IMG/VR virus record: IMGVR_UViG_3300020371_000002
Reading direction: 5' to 3' (one strand)
Origin: a virus
Taxonomy: Duplodnaviria > Caudoviricetes
Length of the DNA: 64,000 nucleotides
Position numbers and translations under genes: made by a program. The notes below the pieces were generated by a model. It saw only the letters and a list, made by a program, of their open reading frames with translations. It did not search any database and was not told where the DNA came from. Shown piece after piece: positions 26,694 to 36,863 of this stretch (position 1 is its first letter; each line of letters begins with the position of its first letter).

Positions 26694-28289
26694 TTAGAAC
26701 TCCAGTACGATTTTAATGTCTTCCTTCTGACTAGATGATCGGGGAATCGCAGTCCTGTTATCAATATAGATTAACTCACCAGACTTTTTATTATATTCTG
26801 CAGAAGCAATACCAGAGACGAAGTTAATGCCTAACTGGTATGTCGTATTATTTATTGACGTAGTAATACCGTTAAAATCGGTATTCAATTCTAAAACAGG
26901 TCCTGTAACAGAAGAACCGTTAATAGTAACACCGTATCCCGCATCAGGTGTTGCAGTAAATGGAATAATCTTAAATCCAGAATCACTCTTAGCAAGACCA
27001 ACTGGTTGATAGTATTTAAGAACCGCAGTAACAGGATCCCATGCTGCCACCATACCAATTGCAGTAGAACCAACACCAACAGTCTGAGTGATGGTGGAGT
27101 CCACTGCATATTTTGTTTCAGTGGAAACACCAGCTAACTTTAATGCCTGTAGTCCACTAACAACCGATGTATCTAGGAGTTCTTTATTACTTCCGAATAC
27201 CATCGGATTTTTAAGAACTCCGATTCTAGCAAAGTCATTTCCCTCGATAACGTCTGGATTAGTTTCCTGAGTTTCAAATCTAGAATATAAAAGAACTCGA
27301 TATGCACCCAATTCTCTGTAAACATCATATCCATGTCCACCCTTAGGTGGGATGATTACGTCAAATTGAGCTCTAGCAGTAGTACCAATACCCGTATTAG
27401 TCAGGTTTTCAATAGGACCACCAGACTCACTGCCAGGAGCGCCAGGGAAGAACTGAATGTTTCCGTGGGTATATCCCTGACCACCATCAGTAACAAAGAC
27501 TTCAGATACCTTACCGAAGGAGTCAATGGTAATGGTTGCTTTACCACCCGTACCATCACCAAGGATGGGAACATTAGCAAAAGAAGTAGAGATGGGTTGA
27601 TAACTCGTTCCCCTGTCACCAATAACTACAATCTCAATTTTGCCGTCAATGGCATTATTTTTAGTGGAAACTGTCTCACCTTGAACACCCCAGTCTTCTG
27701 GAACTGGAATGTATTCGATAGAATCAAACTTTACAATCTCAGATGGTTTAATAGTATAGAGATACTTCCAAACATAACCATCACCAGAAGTACCAGCAGC
27801 TCTTGGTTCTAAGTCAATAAATTGTGGTTGGTCATAGGAAGGACGACCTTTAGGATTCTCTGGGTCTGATCCGTTTTGCAAACAAACATATACTCGAAGA
27901 TCCTCATTAATTACATAAAAATTTGCTTCATATAAGTTTGCCTGAGAAGTTGTAGGTGTCAGATTGTAAATGTTATAGTCATGTCTATACATTTCATAGG
28001 TCGAACCAGCGACCCAATTAACCTTTCTAACAAGTCTACGAACATCTTTATCCGTAACTTTTTTGAGTGCAATAATTGACTCTTTGATCTCATTCTCTTC
28101 TCTGAATCCATCTAGAGGAGAAGGTGTATTAGTATTCCAATCACTAGTACCACCACCCTCGGGATTTGTCGAGTTGGGCAGCCCAATAAAAGAATAATAC
28201 TTATTTACTGTAGAGCCAACGCCAACAAAACTTTTCACAAAAGTCTCTGCGTTGAGAATTCTAAATTGATCCGAAATGATGGCAGGCAT
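26694..28289 (-). CDS. gp8: Baseplate wedge subunit gp8
   Basis: MPAIISDQFRILNA...; NW..G.TYEMYRHDY; VYVCLQN; DGYVWKYLY; ELIYIDNR..I.R...QKEDIKIVLEF. Confidence 0.85.
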   Translation of the reverse strand: MPAIISDQFRILNAETFVKSFVGVGSTVNKYYSFIGLPNSTNPEGGGTSDWNTNTPSPLDGFREENEIKESIIALKKVTDKDVRRLVRKVNWVAGSTYEMYRHDYNIYNLTPTTSQANLYEANFYVINEDLRVYVCLQNGSDPENPKGRPSYDQPQFIDLEPRAAGTSGDGYVWKYLYTIKPSEIVKFDSIEYIPVPEDWGVQGETVSTKNNAIDGKIEIVVIGDRGTSYQPISTSFANVPILGDGTGGKATITIDSFGKVSEVFVTDGGQGYTHGNIQFFPGAPGSESGGPIENLTNTGIGTTARAQFDVIIPPKGGHGYDVYRELGAYRVLLYSRFETQETNPDVIEGNDFARIGVLKNPMVFGSNKELLDTSVVSGLQALKLAGVSTETKYAVDSTITQTVGVGSTAIGMVAAWDPVTAVLKYYQPVGLAKSDSGFKIIPFTATPDAGYGVTINGSSVTGPVLELNTDFNGITTSINNTTYQLGINFVSGIASAEYNKKSGELIYIDNRTAIPRSSSQKEDIKIVLEF

Positions 28290-28313
28290 TTTAACCGAGC
28301 TGATTTTTTTCTT

Positions 28314-28321
28314 TATTTATA
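28314..28321 (-). promoter_or_regulatory. T4 late promoter TATAAATA
   Basis: Exact consensus upstream of gp8. Confidence 0.75.
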
Positions 28322-28324
28322 GGG

Positions 28325-31300
28325 TTAAGTGAGAGGTCTTGTCCTGAAGATTTGCGCTGCAGTCGAAAGACCCACTAATCCAGCGTCAGGATTGACGATG
28401 AAGTTCTTAGGTTGTCCAGCAATTCTATTCTGGAAATCATAAATTCTACCCCATGAGTATTTACCATAGTAATCACTAATAGCAGTAGTTCCAATACCAA
28501 CTTGAATTTGACTGTTACTATTTGGACCAGGCAGGAAGGAACACGTTACTGTTACAATACCACTTACAACATCAGGAGAAGTAACTTTATCTACCTGGAA
28601 CAATCCATTCAATTTTTCACCAGCGGAAATAATACCAACTTTATTTGTTGGATAATTGTTATAACCACCGACATGTGTGCTGATTCCCGTTAGAGCATGA
28701 CCAACTGTTACGGGACTATCATAAATGATGAAATAGTCACCAATCTGCAGTTGAGAATTATTAATTCCAAATGTATTCAATGAGGAGAATCCATAACCAA
28801 GGTTAGTATTATCATTAAACTCAGACTTAAGATAGAACTCAAGTTTTGGAGGAACACTAAATCCAATACCAGTGACAAAGGTATTCATGCCAACAATACT
28901 ACCGAAGTCACCTTCAGTTTTATATGAGAACACTGTTTCTTTCTTGGGAATATCAGTTCCGACAATAACTGGAGGATTAGTGCCTCGATCATATCCAAAT
29001 CCACCATTAGTAATAACTGCGGTTGTAATTCCTCCATTAGTAACTGCACATGTAGCAGTTGCTCTGTTAATAATGGGTTCTGCATAATATGCAGTTCCAG
29101 AACCACCGACCACAATTAATCTACCATCCAGTCCAAAGTTAGAGAATACTAAATCTCCAACTGGTTGACTTTGACCACTGTCTCTGTAGTTCCAGTTTGC
29201 CAAATCCAATGAATAATAAATTTCACCTACAGTCGTAATACCGACATAAATTCCATCTCTATATCTAAGTTTTTCAAAGTCAAACGTTGCAGCTGCGGTT
29301 GTTCCTGCGGGGAGATTGTCACTGAATGGGAACCAGAAGTTTTTATCAGTAGAAGTAACAATAGTACCATTATCACCAACTGCAATAAATCTATCACCAT
29401 CATATAAAACATCTCTGAGATTTCTATTGGTATTACTTGTTTTCAGGTTCCAAATTCTACCTTTATTGGAAGAAATGATCGCACCACCATTACCAACTGC
29501 CACATACTCATTCTGAGCATAAACAATTCCATGGAGTGTTTCTAAAGTTCCAGAGTATTGACTATACAGAGTAGTAGTTCCAATACCAACACCCGTAAAT
29601 ACAGATCCACCAAAACCGATGGCAACCCAAGAACCTGCGGTATCATCCCAAATAACATCATTAAATTCTCTAGCAAATGTAGTTGGATAATCTACACTCA
29701 AACCAATAGAAGGGATTTGTCTTTGTTCTAAAAGATTAAACTCAGTAAATGGACCAATTGTATCACCATAAGAAACTGCTCTTGCAGCAGATGCATATTC
29801 ACCAACTATAGCAACTTGATAATTTGGACTATATGTTGAATCAATTGCAGTAGCTACAGCATTTAATGTAGTTGTTCCACCAAAACCAACAACTCCTCTT
29901 TCCCAGAAGAATCCACTGAGAGTATTGATATATCTACTACTGGTTCCAACTGCAATAATTGGTTCACTCTGCGTAATTTCTCTGAGATCCGCAGAAGCAA
30001 TATCGCCAGTGATAACATCAAACTTCCAATCCTTCATTGGATCCTTTCTCGTGACTTTAGATCCAGAGATAGAAATCGGTGGATTGGTGACATTTAAGTA
30101 ACCAGATCCAGAAGAAGCAATACTCAATGCAGAGATACTGGAAGATGTAGATACTGTACTTTCGATAATTGCAGGTTCAATTGATCTCTCTTCAAAGATT
30201 TGAATATGACGATCAGATTCTGCCAGAAGATCAACTTCGGAGAATACAGGGAAAGCATTCTGTACCCAAATCTGATCATCGGTTTCTCCAACGTTCTTAA
30301 TAATTCTAGTTGTTGGGGTAACCTTACTCTTATAATTCAGTCTATCTTTAGAGTAGTAAACACCTGAAATAATCTTATCCGCCTTCTGTTTTTCCCAAGA
30401 GAGAGGCCTTTCCGCATTTTGATCTGTCGAAATGCCAAGACTATCATATGTAAAGGTTTCAAGAACGTCAGAAGCAACAATTCTCTTTGTGGTTCTTGGG
30501 AACTGATCTCTATCAAGAACATCTAATTTATTCTCTTTAATCTGAATGACATCACCAGATTGAATTGTGGGAATTGGTTCAATTTCTTCAACGTCAATAG
30601 AAGACCCTCTATAGTAGAACACAGAACACTTGGATCCAGGCTTAGGTGCTTCCGTGAATATAACTCTACTACCTTTCCAAGTATAGGCCTCACCTGGTGT
30701 TTGGAGAATATCATTGACGTAGATAAAGATATTGTTAGTAACATCCATATCACTACCCTGAGCAGTCTTAAGACTAAGAATCTCAGTTACACCCGCCTTA
30801 GTAACAGATAAGGTGAATTTAGTTCTACTTCCATTGAAATATTGTGCAATATCATCAAACAAGACGAACTGGCCAGGATAGAATCCAAAGAACTTATCAT
30901 TTCCAATTTCAATAACTTCAAGTTGGAAATCGGTGTGAACTCCAACTGTAGGATCAGTAACGATACCAGCAACTGTAAGACCATCTTCTACCTTATAACC
31001 AACTCCCTCTTCAGTAATATCAAATTCACCAATATTTCCATCAACATTGACTCTTACATTTACAGTGGCACTTTGTCCAATACCTGTAGTAGTAAGTCCA
31101 GTTGCATTTGGATTATAGACTAATGGAAGGGAGAAATAACCTGGTGGTTCAACAACTTCAACGTTAATTGGTCTTTCAATTGTTCCGCCTCTAGAATAAT
31201 ACCAAGGAACAGTTGTTACACCCGACTGAACTCGAATATTGGCATTATCAATCTTCTCAAGTACATGTTGACCATCACCAAATTGTACAGACTCCATTCC

Positions 31301-34300
31301 TGCAGCTTGTACATAAGGAACAGGATATCTAAATGCACGTTGTACTGTACCACCTCTATTATAGTTGTGTGCAACAGTAGATGGACCAACTTGAATAGAG
31401 AATGATGTTGCACTACCTACCTTCTTAACAAATGCACCATTTGCAGCAACATCTCTCCCACTTGCAGAATTGTTTTGTACTCTAGGTGCTAAAATTGCAC
31501 CTTGAATAGTTCCACCACCAACAAAGTTTGAAGGTGTAGTAGAAGGACCAACATTGATCTCAACCTCAGTATTACTATTGATCTTAGAAATCTGAGCAGA
31601 GTTCCAATATGGATCACCACCCTGAGGATATCTGTGTTCAGTAGCATTACCATCCTTTGTACAAGTGAATACAAGAGACTCTGGTAAAAGTTTTACAGGA
31701 TTTCCATAGATCAAACCATGACCAGTTCCAATAGTCAGATCCATTAAACCTGTTGTTGGAGAATATGTTGCTCCAGTAACGTTATGGGAAACTGATGTAG
31801 TTGGTCCAACATTAACCGTAAATGTATTTGTGGTTGTAGCGGAAATCGATACACGACCTGCAACTGCAGCAGGATCTGTTGATCTTGGATAAGTGTGTTC
31901 TGTTTGATGATCATCCATACCACAGGTAAAGACAAATCCATCAGTAGCAAGCCTAATTGATGTGCCAGATCTTAAACCATGTGGTTTATCAGTAGTAACT
32001 GTCATTATTCCAGTTGCTGCATTATAGTCAGCACCAACTGCTTGTGAGAACGTGTGAGTAGAAACTCCAACGTTTACAATAAATTCATTATCACTAGTTG
32101 CTGCAATACCGATACGGGTATTTGAAATTGGATCTGTTGATCTAGGATAAGTATGCTGAGTTGCATGATTATCCATATCACAAGTAAATGTGAATGAGTT
32201 ATCGGTGAACCTGACAGATCTGGTGATATCCAAACCATGATTAGGAGCAACAACTGTCAACTGACCCGTTACTGGGTTATAAACTGCATTTGTTGGTTGA
32301 ATGTATGTTGTTGTGGTAACACCAACTTCAATTTCAAAAGTATCTAATGTTGTAGCCCCAATAGAAACACCTACACCAGAAATGGGATCTGTTGATCTTG
32401 GATATGTGTGTTGTGTTGCATTATCATCCTGACTACATGTGAATACGAAAGAGTTATCCGTAATTCTGATATGTGATCCTGTGAATAGTCCATGTCCTGG
32501 CGAGGTAATCGTCATGATACCTACAACAGGATCATAAACCGCATTAGTTGCTGTCTTATAGGATATTGGATTAGCACCAACATTAATCTCAAATGAGTTC
32601 TGACTTGTACCAGCAATTGCAACACTTGTGCCATCAACAGGATCACCCGCTCTAGGATAGGTATGAGTGCTATTGTGATCATCAAGTCCACAAGTAAATG
32701 TAAACGAATCTCTAGTAATCTTAATGTGTTGACCTTCCTCTAATCCATGATTAGGGAAAGTTACATTTAAGATACCAGTCTGTGCATCATATGTTGCATC
32801 AGTTGGTTGTAGATAAACAATCGTGGAGACACCAACTTGAACTTCAATCTGAGTTGTAGAAGGAACACCAACTACAGGAACATCAAGTTGTCCCTGGCCG
32901 ATTGGGTCAGTTGATCTTGGGTAGGCATGTTCAGTAGCATTATTATCAAGAGTACAAGTAAAGATCAGTGAAGAGGTCTTGATACCAATGGTACTTGCAG
33001 TGGTAAGTCCATGTGGATTTGCAAATCCAAGAACTAAAATTCCAGTATTAGGATTATAAGTTGCACTGTTAGGAGTTATGAATGGTCCACTATACCAAGA
33101 GTTGCCAGTACAAACAGCAGCAGAGTTTTCTGCACCAGGCACAAATGTATGATCATATCCACCACCAGTGATGATTGCAGTAGAACCAGCACTTACAAAG
33201 GTGTGTAGATAATCAGCACCAGTGATGATTGCAGTAGCACCAGCACTTACAAAAGTATGAGGATATTCACCACCTAAGATGACTGCGGTTGCTCCTGCAC
33301 TTACAAAAGTATGTGAGTATTCGCCTCCTTTAATGATTGCAGTTGAAGCAGCACTAACGAAACTATGTGGATAATCACCACCAGAAACTACCGCACCAGT
33401 TGTTGCAGATGCAAAAGTGTGTGCATATGATTCGTTATATGGAGAAATACCGACATCCAATCGGATTGAAGTATCCGTTGTATTTCCAATAGAAATAGCA
33501 GCGTTATATGCGTCGTCTCTGTGTCTTGGATAATAATGAATAGATGCACCATTATCAATGTCACAAGTAAATCCAAGTCCAGTCAATACAACTGTTCCAG
33601 CCTTACCACCTACGGAATATCCATGAGGAGCTGCAGTGGTAATTGTCATGATACCACTTACATTATCATACTCAGCAGTTGAGATGCCCAATGAAGGAGA
33701 ATAATCACAAGTAAATGCAATTCCACTAAGAACAACAAAATCCCTTTCGGAAAGATTATGATTCTTTCTTGTTGTTACAGTAGCAACACCAGTAACATTA
33801 TCATATGTAATATTAGAAAACTTAAGTGGTTTAAGTTGTTTGGTGGTCATTGCAACACCAGATGCAACGACAAATTCATCAGTGTCTACACCATGTCCAG
33901 CAAATCCTTGGAATGTACCAGAAAGCATTTTATGGGTGTGTATTCCAAGAGTAGAAATACCAAGTTTTACACTAAAATCAATATTATTGTTTACAGTAAT
34001 TTCATAGTAAGCTCTTTCATCTAATGGATATGTCTTATCGCCATAGGGTGTACTGAATCCAATTCCTGTGAGTTTTACGACATCTCCACTATTCATCCCA
34101 TGAAGATTCTGACCCTGAATCGTCGCAATACCTGTAGATGGTGTGTAATAAACATTTGCAATTGTAGTAACAATGCCAGTTGGATCACCATGTGCATTAA
34201 TTGTCGTTACACCAGTGGAGGATTCATAATCAACGTATGCAATCTTCTTAGGAGTAAAGTAATTTGCACCTGGATCAGTAATAGTAAATCCAGTAATAAT

Positions 34301-35803
34301 ACCAGCTTGTGCAAGACTTACTGTACCACCAGTAACGTAGTTGTGTGCCAAACTATTAACACCAACAAATCCAGTAAACGTGTCAGTGGTAACGTCTAAA
34401 ATATCAAAACCTACAAGGTTTCTTCCTTCAAGAATATTAGTATCAATACCAGCTCTTACTGTTCCACCTGTAGAATATGTGTAAGTGGTGGTGCCAAGTC
34501 CCGCATTGACTTCAAATGTTTGTGTGTTTGCAATAGAAACGATTGGATAACCATCTTCTCTAAAAAGAGTTGGGAATCCTTGACCATCAATAACAGTAAT
34601 CGCTTCTAATACTACATGTCTATGGGAATTAGTATCTGTTCCAATCCAGTGACCTTCATCACAAGTAATTGTAGCAATACCCGTTGTAAACGTGTATGAA
34701 AAAGTAGAAATAGTTCTTGGTGGTAAACTTTGTACAACAGTTACACCACAACCACTGACTCTAACTCTATCACCTTCTTCAAATCCATGAGGAGCAGACG
34801 TTGTGAACGTCATGATGCCCAATGAGTGATTATAAGTTGCAGTTGAAATATTAAAGGAAGCAGTCGTATTGACACCAAGATGTGCGGTTGCTAATGCACC
34901 ACCACCCTCTGCACTTCGTATAATGACCTGTGGCGGTTCTCTATACCCCTGCCCTGGTCCCGTAAGTTGAATTGTACTTACTTCACCACTGGAGTTAATA
35001 CCGACCTTGGCAGCGCCTTTTAGGGGGTAGTAGAATCCAGCACCAGTTTGCAAACCTACTCTTTGGATTCTACCTGCTCTTGGAACACCACTAAGGAAAT
35101 TAATATCATTAGATACTGGATCAACAATCTCAAAATCCAATCCTGGAGTTTGAATTACATTATTAATAAGAATAAATGGATTATTACTAATGTCAGTACC
35201 ATCATTGACATTATTGTAGAGTGCAGTAACAATTCCTAAGTTTTCACTGAGTGCAAATTGAGTTCCTGCAACACCAGTAAAGTCGAGAGAAATATCATCA
35301 AGAATTAAATTATAGTCACTAGGTTCATATGGATTCAATTTTCTGGAGAACATTCTTCCAGCAAATGTAGATCCAGTTTTTAATCCTACAGGACCTTGTT
35401 TTCCATAAGGAGGTGCAGTGAAAAAGATCTCATCATCAACAATGTTGAAATCTCCAGTAAAAATAGAAGAAACTCCTGCAGTATGAGCGGCTGCAACAGT
35501 TCCAAATACACCTCTATCAATAAATGCCTGACCAGAAGTAGTTGTAGAGAATACTGGGTAGTATCCAGCACCAGCCCTGAAGACAACAATCTCAGTAATA
35601 CTACCAATACCAGTATTATCAATGAGTGGATAAAAAACACCTTCTACTGTGGGTGTTTCTGTTCCTTCTACAGTAACTTTTGGGGGATCTGTACTAGCAT
35701 ATCCCGATCCTCCCTCAACTACTTCAATCTTCTCAATACCATAGGAGGAATTAAAAAACGGTTTTAGTATCGCACCGCCGCCAGGAGTAATTCTCGTTGA
35801 CAT
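28325..35803 (-). CDS. Large repeat-rich baseplate-associated structural protein, 2492 aa
   Basis: GSGY/GxGY hinge motifs, about 8 His/Cys modules, a 15-aa His tandem repeat and a BNR/WD-like propeller region (YVAVGNGGAI, FIAVGDNGTI) near the C-terminus. Confidence 0.75.
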   Translation of the reverse strand: MSTRITPGGGAILKPFFNSSYGIEKIEVVEGGSGYASTDPPKVTVEGTETPTVEGVFYPLIDNTGIGSITEIVVFRAGAGYYPVFSTTTSGQAFIDRGVFGTVAAAHTAGVSSIFTGDFNIVDDEIFFTAPPYGKQGPVGLKTGSTFAGRMFSRKLNPYEPSDYNLILDDISLDFTGVAGTQFALSENLGIVTALYNNVNDGTDISNNPFILINNVIQTPGLDFEIVDPVSNDINFLSGVPRAGRIQRVGLQTGAGFYYPLKGAAKVGINSSGEVSTIQLTGPGQGYREPPQVIIRSAEGGGALATAHLGVNTTASFNISTATYNHSLGIMTFTTSAPHGFEEGDRVRVSGCGVTVVQSLPPRTISTFSYTFTTGIATITCDEGHWIGTDTNSHRHVVLEAITVIDGQGFPTLFREDGYPIVSIANTQTFEVNAGLGTTTYTYSTGGTVRAGIDTNILEGRNLVGFDILDVTTDTFTGFVGVNSLAHNYVTGGTVSLAQAGIITGFTITDPGANYFTPKKIAYVDYESSTGVTTINAHGDPTGIVTTIANVYYTPSTGIATIQGQNLHGMNSGDVVKLTGIGFSTPYGDKTYPLDERAYYEITVNNNIDFSVKLGISTLGIHTHKMLSGTFQGFAGHGVDTDEFVVASGVAMTTKQLKPLKFSNITYDNVTGVATVTTRKNHNLSERDFVVLSGIAFTCDYSPSLGISTAEYDNVSGIMTITTAAPHGYSVGGKAGTVVLTGLGFTCDIDNGASIHYYPRHRDDAYNAAISIGNTTDTSIRLDVGISPYNESYAHTFASATTGAVVSGGDYPHSFVSAASTAIIKGGEYSHTFVSAGATAVILGGEYPHTFVSAGATAIITGADYLHTFVSAGSTAIITGGGYDHTFVPGAENSAAVCTGNSWYSGPFITPNSATYNPNTGILVLGFANPHGLTTASTIGIKTSSLIFTCTLDNNATEHAYPRSTDPIGQGQLDVPVVGVPSTTQIEVQVGVSTIVYLQPTDATYDAQTGILNVTFPNHGLEEGQHIKITRDSFTFTCGLDDHNSTHTYPRAGDPVDGTSVAIAGTSQNSFEINVGANPISYKTATNAVYDPVVGIMTITSPGHGLFTGSHIRITDNSFVFTCSQDDNATQHTYPRSTDPISGVGVSIGATTLDTFEIEVGVTTTTYIQPTNAVYNPVTGQLTVVAPNHGLDITRSVRFTDNSFTFTCDMDNHATQHTYPRSTDPISNTRIGIAATSDNEFIVNVGVSTHTFSQAVGADYNAATGIMTVTTDKPHGLRSGTSIRLATDGFVFTCGMDDHQTEHTYPRSTDPAAVAGRVSISATTTNTFTVNVGPTTSVSHNVTGATYSPTTGLMDLTIGTGHGLIYGNPVKLLPESLVFTCTKDGNATEHRYPQGGDPYWNSAQISKINSNTEVEINVGPSTTPSNFVGGGTIQGAILAPRVQNNSASGRDVAANGAFVKKVGSATSFSIQVGPSTVAHNYNRGGTVQRAFRYPVPYVQAAGMESVQFGDGQHVLEKIDNANIRVQSGVTTVPWYYSRGGTIERPINVEVVEPPGYFSLPLVYNPNATGLTTTGIGQSATVNVRVNVDGNIGEFDITEEGVGYKVEDGLTVAGIVTDPTVGVHTDFQLEVIEIGNDKFFGFYPGQFVLFDDIAQYFNGSRTKFTLSVTKAGVTEILSLKTAQGSDMDVTNNIFIYVNDILQTPGEAYTWKGSRVIFTEAPKPGSKCSVFYYRGSSIDVEEIEPIPTIQSGDVIQIKENKLDVLDRDQFPRTTKRIVASDVLETFTYDSLGISTDQNAERPLSWEKQKADKIISGVYYSKDRLNYKSKVTPTTRIIKNVGETDDQIWVQNAFPVFSEVDLLAESDRHIQIFEERSIEPAIIESTVSTSSSISALSIASSGSGYLNVTNPPISISGSKVTRKDPMKDWKFDVITGDIASADLREITQSEPIIAVGTSSRYINTLSGFFWERGVVGFGGTTTLNAVATAIDSTYSPNYQVAIVGEYASAARAVSYGDTIGPFTEFNLLEQRQIPSIGLSVDYPTTFAREFNDVIWDDTAGSWVAIGFGGSVFTGVGIGTTTLYSQYSGTLETLHGIVYAQNEYVAVGNGGAIISSNKGRIWNLKTSNTNRNLRDVLYDGDRFIAVGDNGTIVTSTDKNFWFPFSDNLPAGTTAAATFDFEKLRYRDGIYVGITTVGEIYYSLDLANWNYRDSGQSQPVGDLVFSNFGLDGRLIVVGGSGTAYYAEPIINRATATCAVTNGGITTAVITNGGFGYDRGTNPPVIVGTDIPKKETVFSYKTEGDFGSIVGMNTFVTGIGFSVPPKLEFYLKSEFNDNTNLGYGFSSLNTFGINNSQLQIGDYFIIYDSPVTVGHALTGISTHVGGYNNYPTNKVGIISAGEKLNGLFQVDKVTSPDVVSGIVTVTCSFLPGPNSNSQIQVGIGTTAISDYYGKYSWGRIYDFQNRIAGQPKNFIVNPDAGLVGLSTAAQIFRTRPLT
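33140..33430 (-). repeat. Coding tandem repeat, 45-bp period, about 6 units (Y-x-H-T-F-V-S-A-G-A-T-A-I-I-T-G)
   Basis: HTFASATTGAVVSGGDYP HSFVSAASTAIIKGGEYS HTFVSAGATAVILGGEYP HTFVSAGATAIITGADYL HTFVSAGSTAIITGGGYD HTFV. Confidence 0.9.
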
Positions 35804-35813
35804 TTATTCCTCC

Positions 35814-36833
35814 TTATGAAATATTCAGAGAACTACTGCAATAGACCCTAGTTAATCCTGTTCCGTCTCTAACGATGCTAAATGATAAAATATCTTCTTG
35901 GTTTGTAGAAGGAGGTGGATTGCCACCGACCCATCTAATGCCACCAGCAACAGCATTACCGTTCACCTTACAAGCATCACCATAAGTGGACTGTTGTCCA
36001 GCATTATTAATAAACGTTACTGTTGTTGCTTTACTATTCAAAGTTGGTACGTTAATAAACGACCATGTACTTACGGATGTAGTTAATCCACCCAGCAATA
36101 CTGTTCCTTGACCAACATCAACTGTTAAAGTTCCCCCAATCGCAGTCAATGTTGTATTGAAATTATTAACCACCTTTTCAGTGATAGAACCATTCAGGTG
36201 ACTCATACCCGTGTGAGTAGTTACACCAATGATTTCCGTATCACCATTTACAACCAATCTGGAAGTAGGTGCAGTTGAAGCGACACCTACCTTACCATCT
36301 GAAGTAACAACAAATGCACTCTCATCTGTTCCAACTTCATCTGAAACCTGTAAACCATGTCCACTAGCCTTAGGGACTGCATGGATAGCAGGCCTTTCTA
36401 GAGAATATGAGGTTACTTGAAGTTGAGATGTTGGAAGAGATGTACCAATGCCAACAAAACCATTCTGGATTCTGAAAATTGTCTTTGCGAATCCAACTGC
36501 AATTGTGGTATCTACAGGAGTTCCAGACTCCTGAATTTTCATACCCTCAGTAAAGTTAGCAAACTGAGAAGTAATAACACCAGTAGTATTAATACTAATG
36601 TCTCCCGTAACTGACTTTGCAGTTCCAGCAAGAGCCGAAGTGGATGCAATACCACAATTGGTAGAATATCCAGCAGTAGATGCAAAGGAAACGAAACTTA
36701 CTAAATTCGTACCATCACCGAACTTATCATAAATGTCATCAAAGTTCGAATTAATTTTTAAAGTCGCATTAAGTAAAGTATCTCCTGTGCCATCATTCGG
36801 GGCTGACCCTGTATTAATACCCTGTTTAGCCAT
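35814..36833 (-). CDS. Protein with a T4 gp9/gp10-type N-terminal motif, 339 aa
   Basis: MAKQGINTGSAPNDGTGDTLLNATLKINSNFDDIY resembles the T4 gp10 N-terminus (DDGTGD.LR.GG.KIN.NF..Y). GIGT fibre-like motifs follow. Confidence 0.65.
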   Translation of the reverse strand: MAKQGINTGSAPNDGTGDTLLNATLKINSNFDDIYDKFGDGTNLVSFVSFASTAGYSTNCGIASTSALAGTAKSVTGDISINTTGVITSQFANFTEGMKIQESGTPVDTTIAVGFAKTIFRIQNGFVGIGTSLPTSQLQVTSYSLERPAIHAVPKASGHGLQVSDEVGTDESAFVVTSDGKVGVASTAPTSRLVVNGDTEIIGVTTHTGMSHLNGSITEKVVNNFNTTLTAIGGTLTVDVGQGTVLLGGLTTSVSTWSFINVPTLNSKATTVTFINNAGQQSTYGDACKVNGNAVAGGIRWVGGNPPPSTNQEDILSFSIVRDGTGLTRVYCSSSLNIS

Positions 36834-36854
36834 TATTCAAAGGAACTTTTCTGT

Positions 36855-36862
36855 TATTTATA
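36855..36862 (-). promoter_or_regulatory. T4 late promoter TATAAATA
   Basis: Exact consensus between the gp7 stop and the next start. Confidence 0.75.
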
Positions 36863-36863
36863 G

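Noticed and set aside
33140-33430. Regularly spaced repeats as a possible CRISPR array
   Set aside because: The period is 45 bp (a multiple of 3), the repeats are in frame within a protein and degenerate at wobble positions, and there are no unique spacers or cas genes.
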